From Candidatus Woesearchaeota archaeon (GTDB lineage Archaea; Nanobdellota; Nanobdellia; Nanobdellales; CAZNIQ01), in assembly GCA_964573185.1 (NCBI GenBank), contig CAZNIQ010000022.1, positions 1 through 12,294 of the forward strand: a stretch of DNA of 12,294 nt. The letters are read 5' to 3'. The position numbers and the translations under genes were made by a program. Shown here in pieces: positions 6,551 to 10,378 of the stretch. The notes below the pieces were generated by a model that was given only the letters and a program-made list of their open reading frames with translations, ran no database searches and was not told the origin of the DNA. How positions within the stretch are numbered: the first letter of the stretch is position 1; every line of letters starts with the position of its first letter.

Positions 6551-6603
6551 TAATGATGAGGTCCTTACCCCACTGAAGATGAGGAAGAGGACGCGGACTG
6601 ATA
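6551..6603 (+). ncRNA. Box C/D sRNA candidate (sRNA-E) with a degenerate C' box
   Basis: Plus strand reads ATGATGA (C, 6553-6559) | GGTCCTTACCCCA (13 nt) | CTGA (D', 6573-6576) | AG | ATGAGGA (C', 6579-6585, one mismatch) | AGAGGACGCGGA (12 nt) | CTGA (D, 6598-6601). Confidence 0.65.
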
Positions 6604-6613
6604 TTTTATAAAA
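6604..6613 (+). promoter_or_regulatory. TATA-like box for rpl19e
   Basis: TTTTATAAAA is centred about 26 nt upstream of the ATG at 6634 and lies immediately 3' of sRNA-E. Confidence 0.4.
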
Positions 6614-6633
6614 CTTATTTATCTTAAATTCAA

Positions 6634-7095
6634 ATGGATGTTTCATTCCAAAGAAGATTAGCAGCTGAAGTTCTTGGTGTAGGTGTTCATAGAGTTTGGG
6701 TGGATCCTAATCATATTAAAGAAGTTGCTCAAGCTATGACAAAAGATGATATAAGAGAATTAATTAAAAAAGGATATATCAAAGCTTTGCCTGAAGAAGG
6801 AACTTCTAGACATAGAGCAAGACATAGACATGAACAGAGGAAAAAAGGAAGACAAAGAGGTCATGGATCTAGAAAAGGAAAGAAAACCGCAAGAAACGAT
6901 CCTAAGAGGGAATGGATAAATAGAATAAGGGCTCTAAGAAAGTTATTGAGAATTTTAAGAGATAAGGGTATAATCGATAGGAAACTTTATAGAAAAGCTT
7001 ACAGATTAGCAAAGGGTGGTTTCTTTAGAAGTAAGAGACATCTATTAATGTGGCTAAAGGAGCAAGGAGTAGAAAAAATACACGTCCCTCAGTAG
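6634..7095 (+). CDS. rpl19e: 50S ribosomal protein eL19 (L19e)
   Basis: 153 aa. Contains QRRLAAEVLGVGVHRVWVDPN, a basic central tract (SRHRARHRHEQRKKGRQRGHGSRKGKK), and then RIRALRKLLRILRDKGIIDRKLYRKAYRLAKGG. Confidence 0.92.
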   Translation: MDVSFQRRLAAEVLGVGVHRVWVDPNHIKEVAQAMTKDDIRELIKKGYIKALPEEGTSRHRARHRHEQRKKGRQRGHGSRKGKKTARNDPKREWINRIRALRKLLRILRDKGIIDRKLYRKAYRLAKGGFFRSKRHLLMWLKEQGVEKIHVPQ

Positions 7096-7946
7096 CTAAG
7101 TTTTATTTCTTCCTCCTCTTTTATAGATAGATCCAGAATCTCTCTAATAAATTCATATTCTCTCCTTGTTAATATTTTTCCAAATCCTACCTCTGACATT
7201 ATTTGAACAATGTCCTTTGAGATTAAATATACTGTAGAATAACCAATTGATCCAAATTCGTCCATAAACTCTATTGTGCTTCCCTTTACAACTAAAGTAC
7301 TTCCTAAAATTCTTAATTCTGTACATACAGTATTCAGTAAAATCTCTTCCAAAGTTCCATCCTTATTCCATATAACTTTACTTACGAATTCATTCTTTTT
7401 AACCGTACATATTGCATAATTTTTTGGGTCAATGTAATGCACGTATCCAAAATTATATTCTAATCTCCAACCTTCTGGAATTTCATATAATACCCTTCCA
7501 TCTAGAGTCCTTACCTTTCTGTCTTTTACATATATTAGCACATTGCCTGGATATAATTTCGTTTGTAAATCTGTATCAGCAACTTTCTCCCCTCTTTTAT
7601 CTTTAAGATTGTATCTTATAATTTCTTTTCTATCAGAATCCCACTTCCAAATGTGTAAATACAATATTCCTTTATTCCTTCTATCTGCTATTATACTATC
7701 TATTTTAAGGTAAGAACTATCGTCCTGCTCTTTATCTAAGATAAATACTTTTGCAGTATCATTCTCTTTTAAAAGGATTTCATACCAAGAAGAGATAGTC
7801 CTACAATAAGGATCGCATCTTTCGCGAGACTTCCTAACAATCACTACATTATTTACTGCAACATCTTCTAAATTTCTCACATGTATGTTTCTCAAATGGT
7901 TCTTTTTGCCGACAATTTCACCGTTAATGATTAACAACTCCTCCAT
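7089..7946 (-). CDS. Hypothetical protein (285 aa), no family recognised
   Basis: Long uninterrupted ORF in stop-rich AT-rich sequence. A TATA-like TTTTAAG lies about 27 nt upstream of the ATG (7946), directly after the tRNA. Its 3' end overlaps the rpl19e stop by 7 nt (convergent). The sequence looks beta-rich with an acidic C-terminal tail (KEEEEIKLSY). Confidence 0.6.
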   Translation of the reverse strand: MEELLIINGEIVGKKNHLRNIHVRNLEDVAVNNVVIVRKSRERCDPYCRTISSWYEILLKENDTAKVFILDKEQDDSSYLKIDSIIADRRNKGILYLHIWKWDSDRKEIIRYNLKDKRGEKVADTDLQTKLYPGNVLIYVKDRKVRTLDGRVLYEIPEGWRLEYNFGYVHYIDPKNYAICTVKKNEFVSKVIWNKDGTLEEILLNTVCTELRILGSTLVVKGSTIEFMDEFGSIGYSTVYLISKDIVQIMSEVGFGKILTRREYEFIREILDLSIKEEEEIKLSY

Positions 7947-7979
7947 GATAAAGAATAGTTACTACTTTCTTAAAATTTC

Positions 7980-8063
7980 CGCCGCGGCGGGGATTCGAAC
8001 CCCGGAGGCCTTACGGCCAGCGGCTTAGCAGGCCGCCCCCTTGGACCGCTCGGGCACCGCGGC
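7980..8063 (-). tRNA. tRNA-Ser (anticodon GCU), class II, no intron, CCA not encoded
   Basis: Reverse complement: GCCGCGG-TG-CCCGAGCGGTCCAAGGG-G-GCGGC-CTGCTAA-GCCGC-TGGCCGTAAGGCCTC-CGGGG-TTCGAAT-CCCCG-CCGCGGC-G. It has a 7-bp acceptor stem, a 5-bp anticodon stem with loop CU-GCU-AA, a long variable arm (GGCC/GGCC stem), a T-loop TTCGAAT and discriminator G. The downstream sequence is GAAA, not CCA. Confidence 0.93.
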
Positions 8064-8097
8064 AAGTAAAATAAATAATTCTTCTAAAAATTAAAAA

Positions 8098-8385
8098 CTA
8101 TTCTTTGATTATTCCGTTTCTCTTTAATATATGTTTTGGTTCTAATTTGAACATTGCTTCTTTATTTTTATATACATTTACATAAATTCTTGATCTTGGC
8201 CAACCAAAGACAGAAACAATTTTTTTAACAACAACTAAATCTTCAGAAACACCCAACAACGCTGCTATCCTTTTTCTAACCTCTTCCCTTTTTGGAGTAG
8301 CTTGATTCGGATGCTCTGCTAAAGCCAAAACTTCTATTCTATCTAATAAAGGATTTTCCCTTTTCTCTATAATCTTGATCTCCAT
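8098..8385 (-). CDS. rps24e: 30S ribosomal protein eS24 (S24e)
   Basis: MEIKIIEKRENPLLDRIEVLALAEHPNQATPKREEVRKRIAALLGVSEDLVVVKKI...FG matches S24e. The track start at 8400 is a TTG codon. The ATG at 8385 gives the canonical MEIKI.. N-terminus and places TTTAAAAATAT about 24 nt upstream. Confidence 0.9.
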   Translation of the reverse strand: MEIKIIEKRENPLLDRIEVLALAEHPNQATPKREEVRKRIAALLGVSEDLVVVKKIVSVFGWPRSRIYVNVYKNKEAMFKLEPKHILKRNGIIKE

Positions 8386-8403
8386 GGATGTTAATAACAA
8401 GTA

Positions 8404-8414
8404 ATATTTTTAAA
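8404..8414 (-). promoter_or_regulatory. TATA-like box for rps24e
   Basis: The minus strand reads TTTAAAAATAT, centred about 24 nt upstream of the ATG at 8385. Confidence 0.4.
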
Positions 8415-8501
8415 GAGTTTATAAAAGACGCAATTTTAATGCACTATTTAAGCTTGATCTTGAACTTCATTTTTTGGTTTACTCTGTATTCCCAAAAAGT
8501 T

Positions 8502-8538
8502 CCCGGGGGAGGGGAAATATAACCCCAAATCCCCCGGG
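8502..8538. repeat. Perfect 9-bp GC-rich inverted repeat with a nested 4-bp repeat, enclosing a TATA-like box
   Basis: CCCGGGGGA-GGGG-AAATATAA-CCCC-AAA-TCCCCCGGG. The outer arms 8502-8510 and 8530-8538 are perfectly complementary. The inner arms are GGGG (8511-8514) and CCCC (8523-8526). The central AAATATAA (8515-8522) lies about 28 nt upstream of the ATG at 8547. TTTT follows. Confidence 0.7.
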
Positions 8539-8546
8539 TTTTCATA

Positions 8547-9008
8547 ATGAACCTTCTTTCTTTATCTCTTTCAGCTAATGGATTAGCTAAATTAGTAGAA
8601 GCAATAGAGCTAGCGAAAACAGAAAATAGAAGTTTTTATGAAAGATTTGATAAAATAAGAGTTTTATATATAGAGGATTTGCCAAAGAATAAAAAGTATA
8701 AACCAGATGAAGGAAATTTAGATTATATTATAAGTAACGGAAGGTGCTTTGTTTTAGAAGAAAATAGATATTGTAGCTTAGAGGATATTAGAGAAAATAG
8801 AGAACATTTGTTGAGGAAGCTTTTAGAGAATGGAACAATTAATAGAAGAAGATATGATAGACTTTTGGAAAACCCTGAAAGAGCTGTAAAAGTATTGATG
8901 CATGTTCCAATAATAAGATATGAAAAAAGAATCTGGGATGAACTTATAGAAAGAATAAAAGGTAATCTCCCATTTGAATTCGTATACGTAGATATGAAAA
9001 GTATTTAG
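8547..9008 (+). CDS. Hypothetical protein (153 aa)
   Basis: Open frame with a plausible composition. No motif recognised. See the frameshift finding, since it may continue into the 9071 ORF. Confidence 0.5.
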   Translation: MNLLSLSLSANGLAKLVEAIELAKTENRSFYERFDKIRVLYIEDLPKNKKYKPDEGNLDYIISNGRCFVLEENRYCSLEDIRENREHLLRKLLENGTINRRRYDRLLENPERAVKVLMHVPIIRYEKRIWDELIERIKGNLPFEFVYVDMKSI

Positions 9009-9070
9009 AGAATTTAATAGCAACTTTAAGAAATATTGATAAAAATATTAGAATAGCAGTTTATTCTTTA

Positions 9071-9316
9071 ATGCTAGATGGAAATAAAAGTAGAAAAGAC
9101 ATTGGTGACGAAAGACAAGTAAAAAATATCATTAATCAAGCTATTATAGTAACTACAAATGCTTTAGGCTATTTAGGATTAGCTTTCTTATTCCCAGAAG
9201 AATACATCGGAATTCCTTCTTTTGAAATGAGAAATCATTATTATGCAAAGATTATTGGAGAAATCAAAAGAAGATATAAAACTGTGCAGGAGCCCCCTAT
9301 GACAGAAGCAAAGTGA
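9071..9316 (+). CDS. Hypothetical protein (81 aa from the first ATG; the frame is open from 8978)
   Basis: ATG-initiated ORF. The same frame is stop-free for 31 codons upstream, back to a TGA at 8975-8977, and contains no ATG, GTG or TTG there. It includes a hydrophobic stretch, AIIVTTNALGYLGLAFLF. Confidence 0.4.
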   Translation: MLDGNKSRKDIGDERQVKNIINQAIIVTTNALGYLGLAFLFPEEYIGIPSFEMRNHYYAKIIGEIKRRYKTVQEPPMTEAK

Positions 9317-9359
9317 GGGGCAAATTATTAAAGGAGTTAGAGGCTTTAGGATACGTAAG

Positions 9360-10148
9360 ATGAAAGTAAGAGATTTGTTAAAAATATTAGAGGAATTAAC
9401 TAGTGAGCCATGTATAAAAACATATGAGGAAGAATTGAATAATGCTTTAGTATTTGGAAATGAGGATGATGTAGTAAAAGGCATAGTAATTGTTTGGAAA
9501 CCAACGATAAATATTATTAAAAAAGCTGTAGAATTGAAAGCAAATGTTATAATTTCACACGAATCTCTTTTTTACGAATATAAACCTTACTTAACGAAAG
9601 GAAGAAATATTTTTACTATTCCAGCTAATCTAAAGAAAATAGAATTGTTAACTAAGTATAAAATTAATGTAATTAGGTACCATACTAAATGGGATGATGC
9701 GGAGAATGGTAATAATGATACTCTTCTAAAGCTTTTAGATTTAGAATTAATAGAAAAGTATCCTTGTATGAGAATTGCTAAACTAAAAAAACCGCTGAGA
9801 GCTATTGATTTCGCAAAATTAGTTAAAGAAAGATTAAAATCTCCTTATGTTAAATTCGTAGGAAATAAAGAAAAGTTAATTGAAAGGGTTTTAATAATTG
9901 CAGGAGCTGGTGCTAAAAATATTAGCTTTTTAGACTTTGCTTTACAAAAAAGATGTGACGCTATCGTTTCTGGAGATTCTATAGCAGATACACAATACTT
10001 TTCTTATGAAAATGATTTAGTATTAATAGATCCGGGACATCAATATTTAGAACAATGGGGTATGAAATCTTTAGCTGAAATCTTAGAAAAGAAATTAAAT
10101 GTTCCTGTATACTTTATAGAGAATGAAAATGTTGTTTCTGTTCTTTAG
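9360..10148 (+). CDS. NIF3-family (DUF34/YbgI-like, COG0327) dinuclear-metal protein
   Basis: 262 aa. NALVFGNEDDVVKGIVIVWKPTINIIKKAVELKANVIISHESLF ... INVIRYHTKWDDAENGNNDTLLKLLDL ... IVSGDS....Y......LVLIDPGHQYLEQWG follows the NIF3 pattern (GL..g..v.ki..alD.t..vi.eA...gadliitHHPlif ... vy..HTn.D.a..G.Nd.La..Lgl ... tGe ... id.GH...E). Confidence 0.75.
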   Translation: MKVRDLLKILEELTSEPCIKTYEEELNNALVFGNEDDVVKGIVIVWKPTINIIKKAVELKANVIISHESLFYEYKPYLTKGRNIFTIPANLKKIELLTKYKINVIRYHTKWDDAENGNNDTLLKLLDLELIEKYPCMRIAKLKKPLRAIDFAKLVKERLKSPYVKFVGNKEKLIERVLIIAGAGAKNISFLDFALQKRCDAIVSGDSIADTQYFSYENDLVLIDPGHQYLEQWGMKSLAEILEKKLNVPVYFIENENVVSVL

Positions 10149-10377
10149 CATTCTTTTTGGAATATTTTTTGCAGAAATCGCTACTAGATTGTTGAAGCCA
10201 AAGGTTATTGTAATTATAAGAGATAAAGAGCTAAGAATACATCATTCGTACATTGCAATCCTTCTACCATTATTTATCGATAAAGTATTCTTCTTTGGAA
10301 TGCTTTTAGGTATAGCGTTACATGATTTGTTAATCGAATTGAAGAAAAGGTTTAAAAAGAAAGAATTTGTAAGTTAA
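10123..10377 (+). CDS. Small hydrophobic (membrane) protein, hypothetical
   Basis: 84 aa with two or three hydrophobic segments (LFLFFSILFGIFFAEIA; YIAILLPLFIDKVFFFGMLLGIAL) and a basic tail. It overlaps the NIF3 gene by 26 nt and ends 1 nt before the thrS ATG. Confidence 0.4.
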   Translation: MKMLFLFFSILFGIFFAEIATRLLKPKVIVIIRDKELRIHHSYIAILLPLFIDKVFFFGMLLGIALHDLLIELKKRFKKKEFVS

Positions 10378-10378
10378 A

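Noticed and set aside
7412-7606. 64-aa plus-strand ORF inside ORF285; also 8823-9023 (-) and 9188-9484 (-)
   Set aside because: They are short and overlap longer opposite-strand ORFs. They have no start context and odd compositions. The 9188-9484 ORF spans the ORF81/NIF3 boundary antisense, and nothing supports it.
8386-8400. TTG start at 8400 for S24e as given in the ORF track (MLLTS extension)
   Set aside because: The codon is TTG, not ATG. The canonical S24e N-terminus MEIKI begins at the ATG at 8385, which also has proper TATA spacing.
8439-8522. 27-codon hydrophobic ORF (MHYLSLILNFIFWFTLYSQKVPGGGEI) ending inside the GC palindrome
   Set aside because: It cannot be supported at this length. 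I mention it only as a possible context for reading the hairpin as a terminator.
8994-9002. Programmed -1 ribosomal frameshift at ATG-AAA-AGT
   Set aside because: There is no canonical X-XXY-YYZ slippery heptamer, because re-pairing would be on GAA. No obvious downstream stimulatory structure is present. A homopolymer indel or two separate genes are simpler explanations.
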